Origin: a virus
DNA length: 64,000 nucleotides
Virus record (IMG/VR): IMGVR_UViG_3300044625_001067
Span: 33,473-97,472 of that record
Direction: 5' to 3' (one strand)
A model generated the notes under the pieces. That model was not told where the DNA came from and ran no database searches. It was given only the letters and a program-made list of their open reading frames with translations. Below, one piece after another: positions 16,612-25,535 of this stretch; position 1 is the first letter of the stretch, and each line of letters starts with the position of its first letter. The translations under genes were made by a program, and so were the position numbers.

Positions 16612-17485
16612 CCTTGAGTGTTTTCAGAATCTTGCTCAACCGTGCTGGCTTCAAGTACGACTTGAACTCTAAACCCTCAAAGAGTGCTTCTACACTCTGT
16701 TCAGACGGCGGTGAAGACGCGTACCACGACAAATCGGGAACATCGTCCTCAAGAGTGACCAAGCGAAGGTTACTAAAGAATGTGGACGCAGTTGAAACCA
16801 CCTTAGGATGGAACGCGATTCGATCAGCGAGCGACAGCTCTGAGTTTGTACCGCTGGTGTGGCACTCTTGGATTATCTTCACAGCGGTCTTCGGGCCAAC
16901 GCCGGAGACACCTGATATGTTATCTGAGGAGTCCCCAGACAAAGCCTTGAAGAACTTGACGTCTGAGGGGGGAACACCGAAGTGCCCCTTAACACCCTCA
17001 ATGTCAACCAGCTCCATTTTCTTAGCTGAGTTGAAGAGAAGCACCTTTACTCTGTCGTTGACAAGCTGAAGCAGGTCCTTATCGCAAGTCAAAATGTGTA
17101 CTTCACTGTACCCAGGAGAGTTACGAGAAATATGAGCTACAACATCGTCCGCCTCAAAACCCTGGGCACCCACTGGCGAAAAACCAAGAGCTGGAAGGAC
17201 GTCTTCAACCAGGAGGGAAAGGTCGGAGTAGTGCTCAACGCTGGCTTTTTCTCGATTCGCCTTATAAGTACCGGATTCTTTCTTGCGAAAGTTTCCACCT
17301 TTATCTGTACAAGGAACTACGCAATCGTACTCGTACTGAGCCATCACGGCAAGTAAGGCGTTGCAAAACCCATAAGTCCCAGTTACTGGAGCTCCATAGC
17401 TCGTAACCATTTCACCCATAGCTCGACGGAGAGCTGAGCGCGAGCGAAAAAATAGCGCGGATGTGTCTACGAGAAGCAGTTTCAT
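16601..17485 (-). CDS. 5'-3' exonuclease / flap endonuclease (Pol I N-terminal domain, T4 RNase H / T5 D15 family)
   Basis: N-terminus MKLLLVDTSALFFRS. CTDKGGNFRKK. Acidic clusters GFEADDV...DKD are typical of the FEN/5'-exonuclease fold. Confidence 0.8.
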   Translation of the reverse strand: MKLLLVDTSALFFRSRSALRRAMGEMVTSYGAPVTGTYGFCNALLAVMAQYEYDCVVPCTDKGGNFRKKESGTYKANREKASVEHYSDLSLLVEDVLPALGFSPVGAQGFEADDVVAHISRNSPGYSEVHILTCDKDLLQLVNDRVKVLLFNSAKKMELVDIEGVKGHFGVPPSDVKFFKALSGDSSDNISGVSGVGPKTAVKIIQECHTSGTNSELSLADRIAFHPKVVSTASTFFSNLRLVTLEDDVPDLSWYASSPPSEQSVEALFEGLEFKSYLKPARLSKILKTLKVVS

Positions 17486-17530
17486 TGTTTAGGTTCTGGT
17501 GTGGTTTTAGTGTCGGAACTTGGCTCCAGA

Positions 17531-18253
17531 CTAGTCCTTGCGAGGTTGCCGTGAAAATTGGTGAAAAGTATTTTGAGTGACGTTGTAAGCGGTTAGGCGA
17601 CCCTTCGTCTTAATAAACGCACCCGTATCTATATTTACGCGTTGTCCCGTCACAACGGGAAGGTGGTCCTGAGGTGGTTCCTCGAAGTTGGTTGGTGTGT
17701 GACCATGAACGACTTTCTTCAGTCGTGGGTTCCACCCTTCGAACTCCGGCCCGTATCTCAGAAAAGGTTGTCGAATCCACAGGAGTGCCTCGCCTCTCCC
17801 ATCGACAATGAGCTTTGCAGGGTCGTGGCCAGGGTACACCCCTGCGTGAATGAAAAGGGTATCTCCAATTGTCATATACAAGGGTAGATTTCGAATCCAC
17901 TCCTTATGTTCCCTCTCCATGTCACCCACTTGGTCATAGTTTCCCCCGTTTCGAATCCACAGAACGTAACTACTTGGGTCGTCAAGGGCGTCAAGAAACA
18001 TCCTCTCGTGGTTCCCCATCAGGGCATAAAAGGCTTGAAGCCCCCAACTTTCCGGATCGTAGAGGAGCTTTTTCGTATACTCCAAAACTTTCAGGTCGCC
18101 CCTACCACGATCAATCATGTCACCTAAAAGTATGACGGTGGCTTGAGACCCTTTCACCCAATTTAGAAATTGTTCGAAAAGAGTCCAGGTCGCGTGAATG
18201 TCCCCCAGAGCAACTACGTCCCCCGGCTGTATTTTGTTGTCGTAAGTTATCAT
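17531..18253 (-). CDS. calcineurin-like metallophosphoesterase (Ser/Thr-phosphatase or ApaH-like)
   Basis: Motifs VVALGDIHA (GDxHG), LLGDMIDRG (GDxxDRG) and GNHE. Start placed at an internal Met (18253) abutting the kinase gene. Confidence 0.7.
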   Translation of the reverse strand: MITYDNKIQPGDVVALGDIHATWTLFEQFLNWVKGSQATVILLGDMIDRGRGDLKVLEYTKKLLYDPESWGLQAFYALMGNHERMFLDALDDPSSYVLWIRNGGNYDQVGDMEREHKEWIRNLPLYMTIGDTLFIHAGVYPGHDPAKLIVDGRGEALLWIRQPFLRYGPEFEGWNPRLKKVVHGHTPTNFEEPPQDHLPVVTGQRVNIDTGAFIKTKGRLTAYNVTQNTFHQFSRQPRKD

Positions 18254-18257
18254 CTTG

Positions 18258-18719
18258 TCAGTATATGAAGTCAATACGGTGGAAGGGTTCGTTGATATTC
18301 TTAAGGGAAGCTTGTAAGGAGGCGTGCATGCGCTCAATCACTTCTTCCGGAACCCTACGCTCGCGAGAAGCATTCTGGCGCAGGCAAACGGTGAGGGGCT
18401 TGTCAAGGACAACAGCGGTGATTTTGCAGTAACCGTACGAGTTTAGCATAGCAACTGCTTCCTTGCGGTAAGCTGCCTTGTAGTGGGTACCATCCATAAC
18501 TATAGTCCGACCTACACTCTCCTCCAGAATCTCAAGCATGCGGTCGTGGATTTCTACGTAATTTCCTTGAATGTCCGCGTTCCCGTAGAGCTCAGCGCGG
18601 ATTTCATCGCCGGAAATTACAACGGCATCTGGGTGAAGCTCTAGTAGCTTAGCCACATGGGTTGACTTTCCGGAGCCAGGGGCACCGACCATCACGTATG
18701 CTTCGAGGTTGTTTTCCAT
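18258..18719 (-). CDS. polynucleotide 5'-kinase (P-loop) homologous to the kinase domain of T4 Pnkp
   Basis: P-loop VMVGAPGSGKST vs T4 Pnkp LTIGCPGSGKST. ISGDEIR vs T4 INRDDYR, which holds the catalytic Asp. 153 aa, kinase domain only. Confidence 0.7.
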   Translation of the reverse strand: MENNLEAYVMVGAPGSGKSTHVAKLLELHPDAVVISGDEIRAELYGNADIQGNYVEIHDRMLEILEESVGRTIVMDGTHYKAAYRKEAVAMLNSYGYCKITAVVLDKPLTVCLRQNASRERRVPEEVIERMHASLQASLKNINEPFHRIDFIY

Positions 18720-18721
18720 AT

Positions 18722-18790
18722 TTATATTATACCGTTATTCCTCGTCAGGGCAAGGCGGGAAACCGCCCAAGGACAAGCGGTTTACCGGCC
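18722..18790 (-). promoter_or_regulatory. intergenic element copy upstream of the kinase-phosphatase-exonuclease operon
   Basis: tattataccgttattcctcgtcagggcaaggcgggaaaccgccc...aagcggtttaccggcc. Confidence 0.55.
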
Positions 18791-18794
18791 AACT

Positions 18795-19016
18795 TTAGCT
18801 TTTGGTCTCAGACCGGAAAAAGTTATACTCTTCAACCCACTCATGAAGAGGGTCCTCATTCACAACGTCCCCACTGTTGTTCACATAGTCTTGAACCACC
18901 CAGGCAATCTCTCTAAACTCCAGGTCGTTCCAGGGCCATGACGCACCCACTTTGACGCCAGGGCAGCCCTTAAGCAGACTCCTTAACTTTTCTTTGAGCT
19001 TTTCGGAACTTTTCAT
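18795..19016 (-). CDS. hypothetical protein (73 aa)
   Basis: ORF 18795..19016. Confidence 0.35.
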   Translation of the reverse strand: MKSSEKLKEKLRSLLKGCPGVKVGASWPWNDLEFREIAWVVQDYVNNSGDVVNEDPLHEWVEEYNFFRSETKS

Positions 19017-19473
19017 TGTTTCTCAAGAGTGTTGCAAGTTTTAAAGCGTACCTGTTCCCCTGAAAAGGTGCAGGGTTTTTGCCTTGGTCTAAAACCTTTC
19101 TCAGCGCCGTGCTCGAACCACTTCGTTCGTTCCCATGAAAAGAGACTCCGAAGGTGTGCGAAAGCTGCAATCCGAGTGAAGCTTGGTCGGACCCCAGAAC
19201 GAGAACCACCTCGCTTGGCTTCCTGCTTTTTAGAACATCTGACAACCCCGCATAGGGATCGATGGCCTTTAGAAATGATACCCTACTCAGGTCAATGCTC
19301 GCTTGGCGGCACAGCGTCCGCAGAAGTAAAACTCGAAGGTCCCAGTCGTTGTTCTGTCTCCCTAAGGACACATAAACTTTAGCGGTCGAACCAAGGGTGA
19401 GCAACTTTTTAACTAGCTCAACATGGCCGGGGTGGCCTATGTTAAACCTCCCGAACGTTACAGCGGTTTTCAC
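18970..19473 (-). CDS. cytidylyltransferase-fold nucleotidyltransferase (NMN adenylyltransferase / PPAT family)
   Basis: (H/T)xGH motif GRFNIGHPGHVELV. C-terminal SGSSTALRKV resembles the ISSTxIR motif of NadD/CoaD-type enzymes. Confidence 0.55.
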   Translation of the reverse strand: MKTAVTFGRFNIGHPGHVELVKKLLTLGSTAKVYVSLGRQNNDWDLRVLLLRTLCRQASIDLSRVSFLKAIDPYAGLSDVLKSRKPSEVVLVLGSDQASLGLQLSHTFGVSFHGNERSGSSTALRKVLDQGKNPAPFQGNRYALKLATLLRNNEKFRKAQRKVKESA

Positions 19474-19482
19474 AGATGTTTT

Positions 19483-20079
19483 CTAAGTGTCAGGTGTTTT
19501 AGGGTCCGGTTGTCCCGTCAGGTCGAGCAAAGGGGCGTCAGGGTCGTAGTGCACGTATCCCTTTCGAGAACCTTGCCACATTCGACTAGGGTCCATGCTA
19601 TGCTTGTCCGCCACCCCCTTCCCAGCTAACGCGGCAAGTGCTTTGATAAAGCCATGAGTTTCTTCGTAGGAAACATTTAGATTCACGTTAACTTTCCACA
19701 GGAGTCGGTATGAGCTTTTTCCGGGGTGTTGGCCGTCAGAAAACGTTCGGTAAGCGAGCCAAGGCTTGTAGCCTAGCTCAGTGTAAAGCTTGACCATTTT
19801 CTCGGGATGAACTTCGCACTTGTCAAAGTCCACTCCAATGAGAGTTTGCGTATGCCAGCACAAACGCTGATACTGAAGTTCCATGAGGTCGAGTCCTTTG
19901 AACAGGCAACCGTAAAAGGTGCAACCTTTCTCGGTAACTAGCTCAAGGAAGACCCCGTCACTGAGCGACTCCCAGGGCCTTTGAATCATGTAGTCCCGAA
20001 GCTTTCCGTACTCCTGAAGTGTTTCAGGTTTTTGTAGGCGCCCTCGGGGGTCAATTTGGCAGAGAATACTTTTCGGCAC
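19483..20079 (-). CDS. hypothetical protein (198 aa)
   Basis: ORF 19483..20079. It contains LIGVDFDK, a weak DxD-type motif. No confident family. Confidence 0.45.
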   Translation of the reverse strand: MPKSILCQIDPRGRLQKPETLQEYGKLRDYMIQRPWESLSDGVFLELVTEKGCTFYGCLFKGLDLMELQYQRLCWHTQTLIGVDFDKCEVHPEKMVKLYTELGYKPWLAYRTFSDGQHPGKSSYRLLWKVNVNLNVSYEETHGFIKALAALAGKGVADKHSMDPSRMWQGSRKGYVHYDPDAPLLDLTGQPDPKTPDT

Positions 20080-20097
20080 CTTTCACTTGTCGGTTGG

Positions 20098-20307
20098 TTA
20101 GTTGAAGATGAATCTTTCGTTAAACTCAGCTTTTATGTCCTGAAACTTTGCCCTAACCTTCCTTTCTAAATCAACTTCAGGCAAACCGTAGATAATCGCA
20201 GGCCAAAATAAGTCCGCAATTCTGCCGTCTCCGCCACCATCCCAGTTGTTAAAGGAATGTTGTGCAACTTGTTCGACGAAAGAATTAAGTGGGAGAAGTT
20301 TTGGCAT
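20098..20307 (-). CDS. hypothetical protein (start trimmed to an internal Met)
   Basis: ORF 20098..20385 trimmed to avoid overlap with 20309..20893. Confidence 0.35.
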   Translation of the reverse strand: MPKLLPLNSFVEQVAQHSFNNWDGGGDGRIADLFWPAIIYGLPEVDLERKVRAKFQDIKAEFNERFIFN

Positions 20308-20308
20308 A

Positions 20309-20893
20309 CTAAACTTTGTTGAGGGGGCTAACGATAAAGAACCAGCAGCCGTTGGCCATCCAAGAGTGCGTTTCCCTATCGTCAAAAACTAGCGCGTCCC
20401 CTGGCCTCATCAATGTCATTTTTCCGCCAGCGTAAAATTCGCCTTCAGATATGAGCTGGCTGCCGTAGGGTGCCTCGTCGTCAGGGGTGTGCCCCCCGAG
20501 AAAAACCAGGAGAGACAAACCAGTCATTTCGTAGTCTTCGTGCGAACCTACGGACCCTTTCCCGTACACAACCGTGGCGCCCTCGCGACGCATATTTTCA
20601 GTCGGGGATGGAAACCTGTATTGCTGTTCTGCACGATTTAGAAGCGAAAGTGCCTCTTGCAAAGTGGAGCGAAGCCAGTCCGGCACTGGCTTGGACCCGA
20701 CATCGCCGAGAGTCCACAACCGTGGGTCGGACCTACGAGTGCCCGCTGCGTCTTCTGACACCGACCGCAGGAGTTTTTCAATAGTGAAATTAGGGACAGT
20801 AACCTTGCCGTCAATTTTGATGGCACGCTTCATACTTGGAGAACTAAGCTCGCTTACACACCCATTATAGCCCCCCTTGATCCGGGAAGGCAA
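20309..20893 (-). CDS. 2OG-Fe(II) oxygenase-like protein (cupin / double-stranded beta-helix)
   Basis: HxD...H pattern: SHEDYEM ... MRPGDALVFDDRETHSW. Confidence 0.55.
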   Translation of the reverse strand: MPSRIKGGYNGCVSELSSPSMKRAIKIDGKVTVPNFTIEKLLRSVSEDAAGTRRSDPRLWTLGDVGSKPVPDWLRSTLQEALSLLNRAEQQYRFPSPTENMRREGATVVYGKGSVGSHEDYEMTGLSLLVFLGGHTPDDEAPYGSQLISEGEFYAGGKMTLMRPGDALVFDDRETHSWMANGCWFFIVSPLNKV

Positions 20894-20935
20894 GGGTGGA
20901 AACCGTCCCTTTTCACAGGGTTTTAAGTATAGTCC
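20888..20935. promoter_or_regulatory. element-like sequence with atypical arrangement (palindrome followed by a + oriented TATAGT)
   Basis: aaggcaagggtggaaaccgtccc...gttttaagtatagtcc, upstream of the – strand gene 20309..20893. Confidence 0.3.
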
Positions 20936-21091
20936 GCAGAATCTGCGATTCTTGTTCTTGGAGCTCTACTCTCCTCTGCCTCAGTTTCCGCTTAGTTCGC
21001 CTCAGTTCTCTTACGCGACTTTCCAAGGATAGTGCGCGCTTCTCTGCTAAAAAGGACGCTTGCCTCAGAGGCAAAAGCCAGTCAGTCTCGT

Positions 21092-21433
21092 CTAGGAAGG
21101 GGAACATTCGTCCGGGCACAGACCAACGTCAAGGTTAAGCTCGTCAAGAGCACTTTGAACTTCCGACCTTCCTTTGTTCTCGTAGACCACACTTCCCTCA
21201 CTACCCGAGAAACCCTCAACAAATTCGTCAAGGTCGTCTAAGTCAGCGTACTTTTCAATCAGGTCTGTGTACCCCGCGTTAAGCACGGCCTGAAAGAAGC
21301 CGTCGTCGTCAAGTTCGTCAATTGCCGCTTTCACGGAGAGAGAGTATACGCGGAGAACTTCGCTTATTGGTGCGTTGTTAATCACCCGTGAAATTACTTC
21401 ATTCACGAATTCCGGTTTGTCTTTAATTGTCAT
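21092..21433 (-). CDS. hypothetical acidic protein (113 aa)
   Basis: ORF 21092..21433. Confidence 0.45.
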   Translation of the reverse strand: MTIKDKPEFVNEVISRVINNAPISEVLRVYSLSVKAAIDELDDDGFFQAVLNAGYTDLIEKYADLDDLDEFVEGFSGSEGSVVYENKGRSEVQSALDELNLDVGLCPDECSPS

Positions 21434-21500
21434 TTTGCATGTGTATAACGGTTTCTTTAGCGCCGTTGAATCTCTATGTGTTCAAAGGGGAAACCGTAAA

Positions 21501-21585
21501 CGGAAGAGGGGGGATTTGAACCCCCGGAGGTTTAACCCTCTACAGTGTTCGAAGCTGCTGCTTTCGGCCGCTCAGCCACTCTTCC
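21501..21585 (-). tRNA. tRNA-Ser (anticodon CGA), type II
   Basis: Read as the reverse complement. Acceptor ggaagag/ctcttcc. Anticodon arm gcagc-ttCGAac-actgt (4 bp). Variable arm gagg-gttaaa-cctc. T-arm ggggg-ttcaaat-ccccc. Aligns with E. coli tRNA-Ser. Confidence 0.8.
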
Positions 21586-21675
21586 TTGTCACCGTGGTGG
21601 GCCACTCCTGTGTCGTTCACCGGATATGACCTGTGGGTGTGTTCTTTAACGAGTTTTCGAGGACTTGAAACTAAG

Positions 21676-21764
21676 TAGGCGTGTAGGGAGTCGAACCCTA
21701 ACTAGCCGGTAATCTGCCGGAGAGGACTGTATAAGGGTCCCTGTGCACCGTACACCACACGCCC
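21676..21764 (-). tRNA. type II tRNA (Leu/Ser/Tyr-class length, 89 nt; anticodon not resolved)
   Basis: Read as the reverse complement. Acceptor gggcgtg/cacgcct. T-arm taggg-ttcgact-cccta. Long variable hairpin ccgg-cagatta-ccgg. Confidence 0.55.
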
Positions 21765-22010
21765 AGGAAAGGGAACCACCGTGTGGGATGGAACCCAAGG
21801 TAAAGCTCAGACAGAGGGAGTTTGAACTCCGAATGCCAGGTCAAATTCGTCAAGGGCACTTTGAACTTCAGTGCCGGTGCTTGCCTCACTGAGCTTCAGA
21901 AGGAGCTTTGCTCCCCTGGGGCTTTTGCTGCTAATTCGTGCGGCACGATCAACTATAGAAAGATTTGCCATTTTGTATTGTTGTTGTTTAGTGTGGCTGC
22001 AAAGGCAACC

Positions 22011-22082
22011 GACGCCCTGAGAGGGATTCGAACCCACGACCGGTGTCTTAGAAGGACAGTGCTCTTCCACTGAGCTACCAGG
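22011..22082 (-). tRNA. tRNA-Arg (anticodon TCT)
   Basis: Read as the reverse complement. Acceptor gccctgg/tcagggc. D-arm gctc-agtggaa-gagc. Anticodon arm ctgtc-ctTCTaa-gacac. T-arm gtggg-ttcgaat-ccctc. Confidence 0.8.
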
Positions 22083-22146
22083 GCTTTCATAACTAGAATA
22101 GCGTCCCACAGAGGGTAGTAAACCTTATCTGCAAGGCACCCCTTAC

Positions 22147-22539
22147 TTAAGCCTTCTCTCCCGCGTCATTAGACTCCCCTCTCACCCACTCAACCCAGTA
22201 GTCTCGTGGGCACCGCATGTTTGCCATTGTTGTCTTAGCGGGAAGAAAGCATCCGCACTCGTCACAGGTTGAACTTTTTTCTTCAAAGGATCCGCACACA
22301 TTGCTCTCACAAAGTGCGAGTCGGTCCTTTGCCACTTGGCGAGGGGCAAACGACGGATCTTCCAGCATTCGTTTAGCTGTGTCAATCAAGGATGCGCCGA
22401 AACTTCTGCGGCAACATTCTGGCTCTTTATTCGTTTGTTCCAACGTTGCTCTCTGCGAAAGGTCTGTATAGTGTAATTTACCCGGATCAGTCCGTAAAGG
22501 TGCACAAGACCGAGAGATGCTTGTACAAAATACTCTCAT
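22147..22539 (-). CDS. hypothetical zinc-finger protein (CxxC...CxxC)
   Basis: ORF 22147..22539. Cysteine cluster CDECGC...C. Confidence 0.45.
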   Translation of the reverse strand: MRVFCTSISRSCAPLRTDPGKLHYTDLSQRATLEQTNKEPECCRRSFGASLIDTAKRMLEDPSFAPRQVAKDRLALCESNVCGSFEEKSSTCDECGCFLPAKTTMANMRCPRDYWVEWVRGESNDAGEKA

Positions 22540-22930
22540 CGAAAAACCGGTACTCCGACGAAAACTCTTCTCTCTGCTGAAAGTGTTCGAGCTCTTTTAA
22601 GGTGGCCCTAACGACCGGGCAGTCTGAAACGTAATCCTTGTACCAGAAAGTGTTGAACTTTGGAATGTACTTCCACCTATCTCCGTGCGGAATCCAAACT
22701 TTTTCAAATTCTATTTCGAATAGCGAGAACGGGTCGTCCCATTCTTCAGGATTTACGACGCTTAACTGCTGAACGATATCTTTCGTATCGTCGAGAAACC
22801 ACTGAAAGTGCGTGCTGTTGGGGGATACTTTCCATGTTAGGTTGACAATAAGATAGGGGATGTCGGGAAAGTCCCCTGACTGCACCGAAACCTTCTCGGC
22901 CACCCTTAAGCTAGTGATTGCCGTTTTCAT
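22487..22930 (-). CDS. hypothetical protein (147 aa)
   Basis: ORF 22487..22930. Confidence 0.45.
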   Translation of the reverse strand: MKTAITSLRVAEKVSVQSGDFPDIPYLIVNLTWKVSPNSTHFQWFLDDTKDIVQQLSVVNPEEWDDPFSLFEIEFEKVWIPHGDRWKYIPKFNTFWYKDYVSDCPVVRATLKELEHFQQREEFSSEYRFFDESILYKHLSVLCTFTD

Positions 22931-23204
22931 CTTCCTCCGAAATGTTTGAAACTTCCGGGGTTCCCCTCAAAAGAAGCGTCTCAAAGAATTCGACCACGTC
23001 TATGCGATTAGTCGTATCAACTCCCGCCGTGCGGCAGAACTCGATTGCTTCGTACTCAAAGGGGAAGAACGGGTTGGACAAGCCGAAAGATTTAAGTCTC
23101 TGCAGGAAACAGTCTCGGATTGCGCCATAAAGGGGCGGGAAATCGGACTCGTTAAGTTCGACGGTGCGTTCAACTTTCGACGGTGCGTTATACGTGATTT
23201 TCAT
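22911..23204 (-). CDS. hypothetical protein (start trimmed to MKITYNAPSK)
   Basis: ORF 22911..23549 overlaps the next gene by more than 340 nt in another frame. The internal Met at 23204 abuts the upstream stop. Confidence 0.4.
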   Translation of the reverse strand: MKITYNAPSKVERTVELNESDFPPLYGAIRDCFLQRLKSFGLSNPFFPFEYEAIEFCRTAGVDTTNRIDVVEFFETLLLRGTPEVSNISEEDENGNH

Positions 23205-23205
23205 A

Positions 23206-23826
23206 CTACTCAGTGGGGTGTACTGAATGGGAATTACGTTCAATAACTTGTTCCAGGAAAACAAGTGCTTGTTCGTCAGTGTCGAAGAAGTGGCCTGCTG
23301 CATTCGATCCGAGAAGCACCTCTCCCGCTTCTTTAGGTGTGAGAGTAAAAGCACCAACCCCTCCCATAACCTGCGCGAAGCCCGCCAGACAGTGAGTGGT
23401 CCCGCACGTGTGAAAACCTGCTTCGTTCGATGGTTCCTTCCAGAAGGACCAATCTTCGTAAGTTGTTCTGTCAGTGTCAAACCAGAGCTTGTGCCACCTC
23501 TCCATGTGGAGGTTTTTCCGGTCGCGCTCAACAATCCATAGTGCGACATGGAGGAGATTGGCTTCCTGTTGTTCGGGTGTCAACCCTCCCAAGTCTTCTA
23601 CGTTTCTGTACGTGCACTCCTCTAAGGCGTCAAGGGCGAGTAGGAAATTCGCCGGGATATGCGGGAGCGGAGGGAGCCCTTGTGATGTGCACATCCGGTG
23701 AGCAACCCGAGTGGCTTCAGCTGGCGTCAGTGCTTCGGTGCAAGTTGCTGTGGTCATTGTTTCGTTCGAAAATACGTTGGTTTGTTTGGAAAAGGTGAAC
23801 GGTGCGTGGTTTTCCTCGCCCAGCAA
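23206..23826 (-). CDS. hypothetical protein, member of a 3-copy paralog family (LLHVALW(I/V)VERD ... HC(L/I)AGF(A/S)QVM)
   Basis: Paralogous to 43551..43916 and 44196..44648. Confidence 0.5.
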   Translation of the reverse strand: MLGEENHAPFTFSKQTNVFSNETMTTATCTEALTPAEATRVAHRMCTSQGLPPLPHIPANFLLALDALEECTYRNVEDLGGLTPEQQEANLLHVALWIVERDRKNLHMERWHKLWFDTDRTTYEDWSFWKEPSNEAGFHTCGTTHCLAGFAQVMGGVGAFTLTPKEAGEVLLGSNAAGHFFDTDEQALVFLEQVIERNSHSVHPTE

Positions 23827-23828
23827 AC

Positions 23829-24119
23829 CTAGGGGAAAGGTTTACGCGTTACAAAGTAAGTTGAGACCCCTTGGTCGTTGCAAATGTGGAGGCTTAGGGG
23901 CCTCTCGGTTATGTACGGGTCTGCACGAACTGAGTTACTCACCAGCTTGCACTTTTCGGCTAAGACCTTCGCTTCTTCCCTCTCAATCTCAGCGGTGCTC
24001 TCTTCGAGTCTACGACTGGCCACGCTAACCGCACCGACCCCTAAAAGAAGTAGGCCGACTATGAAGGCTATGATCACAAAGCCAGCGACAATACCAATAT
24101 ACGGATTCTCAGTTTTCAT
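23829..24119 (-). CDS. hypothetical membrane-anchored protein (N-terminal TM helix)
   Basis: N-terminal hydrophobic stretch IGIVAGFVIIAFIVGLLLLGVGAV. Confidence 0.4.
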   Translation of the reverse strand: MKTENPYIGIVAGFVIIAFIVGLLLLGVGAVSVASRRLEESTAEIEREEAKVLAEKCKLVSNSVRADPYITERPLSLHICNDQGVSTYFVTRKPFP

Positions 24120-24274
24120 ACTTCGTGTCGAATGCGAAACTTCATTGAGAGGTTGGCGGTGGAAGGTAAGCTGATTAACTTTAGCGTGTGCCCGGTAAGG
24201 GATGGGGGCGGAAAACCGCCCATTCCCCTTGGTAAGATCTTGGGAGCGGGACCCTTGGGCCCGGTGCCCTAGGG

Positions 24275-25102
24275 CTAGACAGTAGCCATATCAAGGGCTA
24301 CTTCCATGGCCCGCTGGTTGATGGTTGCGCCTTGGCCGAAGTTTGCGTAGCCAAAGCGTCCGGTCTCGCTCTTTCGACTACGATTGGAACTAAAGTCCGT
24401 AACCGCATTCATGGCATCGTAAAAGGTGCGACCTTCGTTACCAGCGCCGTTGTAAAACAGGTCGTTGAGAACGTTGACATTGCGCATTTTGTCCGCTTCT
24501 TTCTTGTAAGTCGCCTCAAGGAAGGCACGGAATTGGGCGGAAGTGCAAGTTGCCGAGGCGATGACTTCAACTCTTTTAGAATACATCTTCATGGCGCTAT
24601 TCACAAAGTCAAGCACTGCGGTGCTCTCAAGAATGCGCTCGTTCACTCCGGAAGAGTGGCGGAATTTTTCTCCGATGTTAGAGTAAGCCATCGAAAAAGT
24701 GTTGCCGCAAATTACGCGAGTGGCAACCGGACCGATGGCCACGGAGGCGTTTCCCGTGTGCCCATTCAGAAGAGTAATGTAGGCGTTGTAGTCCTCGCCA
24801 ACTACACGAAACTCCTGGTTGATTTTCGCCTGTGCAAACACCTTGGCCCCGTGAGCCAAGTATCCCATGTTTTCCACTACCAGAAGCCCCTCTTCAACCA
24901 TAGGGTTGATCATCTGGAGAAGCTGGGCATTTTGCACCACCTCGTACCCGGTGGAAACATATCCGAGGCGTTCGTCGGTGTCGTCTCGGTGTATCGCTTT
25001 GCGGTCTGGGTCCGCAACCCAGACTCCCTGGGAGTTAAGCGATGCCGTGGGCCTTGGGGAGACGGTCCAGTTAAGGTCGTTGGTGATGGCGAAAGCGGGC
25101 AT
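24275..25102 (-). CDS. hypothetical protein (275 aa)
   Basis: ORF with an element copy (25131..25200) directly upstream. The antisense ORF 24332..25111 is judged a shadow. Confidence 0.5.
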   Translation of the reverse strand: MPAFAITNDLNWTVSPRPTASLNSQGVWVADPDRKAIHRDDTDERLGYVSTGYEVVQNAQLLQMINPMVEEGLLVVENMGYLAHGAKVFAQAKINQEFRVVGEDYNAYITLLNGHTGNASVAIGPVATRVICGNTFSMAYSNIGEKFRHSSGVNERILESTAVLDFVNSAMKMYSKRVEVIASATCTSAQFRAFLEATYKKEADKMRNVNVLNDLFYNGAGNEGRTFYDAMNAVTDFSSNRSRKSETGRFGYANFGQGATINQRAMEVALDMATV

Positions 25103-25130
25103 GGTTTGTGAGGGGTTGCTTGGACTGAAA

Positions 25131-25200
25131 TAACTATACCGCTTTCCTGTCGGAAAGGAAAGGGGGGTGAACCGCCCGAGGAAAACGGTTTACCGCTCTT
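25131..25200 (-). promoter_or_regulatory. intergenic element copy
   Basis: taactataccgctttcctgtcggaaaggaaaggggggtgaaccgccc...aaaacggtttaccgctc. Confidence 0.55.
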
Positions 25201-25468
25201 GGATCGAGCTAGTGAATCGACTCTCTAGCTCAGCGGCAATACCAAGGAGGGACTCACGGACGGAGTCGTTCCTTGCTTCTAGACCATTGTCCCACTCAAC
25301 GTGCCCGGTGAAAGACGCGTAGTCCTCGGGAACAATCGAGTCAGCAGCAGCGCGAAGAGTGGCTGCTACAATCAGGTCAATTTCGGTCGTAGCTCTGCTC
25401 CGATACGCATTGATGGCTTGAGCACGAATTGCTTGTGCTTTGGGGGAGAGATTTGTGAGCTGCTCCAT
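25190..25468 (-). CDS. hypothetical protein (92 aa)
   Basis: ORF with an element copy at 25487..25535 upstream. Confidence 0.45.
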   Translation of the reverse strand: MEQLTNLSPKAQAIRAQAINAYRSRATTEIDLIVAATLRAAADSIVPEDYASFTGHVEWDNGLEARNDSVRESLLGIAAELESRFTSSIQER

Positions 25469-25486
25469 TGGACTTTCTCGGCTACC

Positions 25487-25535
25487 CTATAATCATACCA
25501 CCTTTCTCTCAGACAGGCAAGGCGGTAAACCGCCC
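25487..25535 (-). promoter_or_regulatory. intergenic element copy
   Basis: ctataatcataccacctttctctcagacaggcaaggcggtaaaccgccc. Confidence 0.5.

Noticed and set aside
19483-20079. Possible archaeo-eukaryotic primase (Prim-Pol) motifs (LIGVDFDK, SGQHPGK) in the 198-aa ORF.
   Set aside because: Only a DxD-like triad was recognised, without the other primase-polymerase motifs in proper order. This is too weak to call.
24332-25111. 259-aa + strand ORF antisense to gene 24275..25102.
   Set aside because: It lies entirely inside the opposite-strand ORF, which has a promoter-like element and neighbouring genes in the same orientation. It is a typical high-GC shadow ORF.
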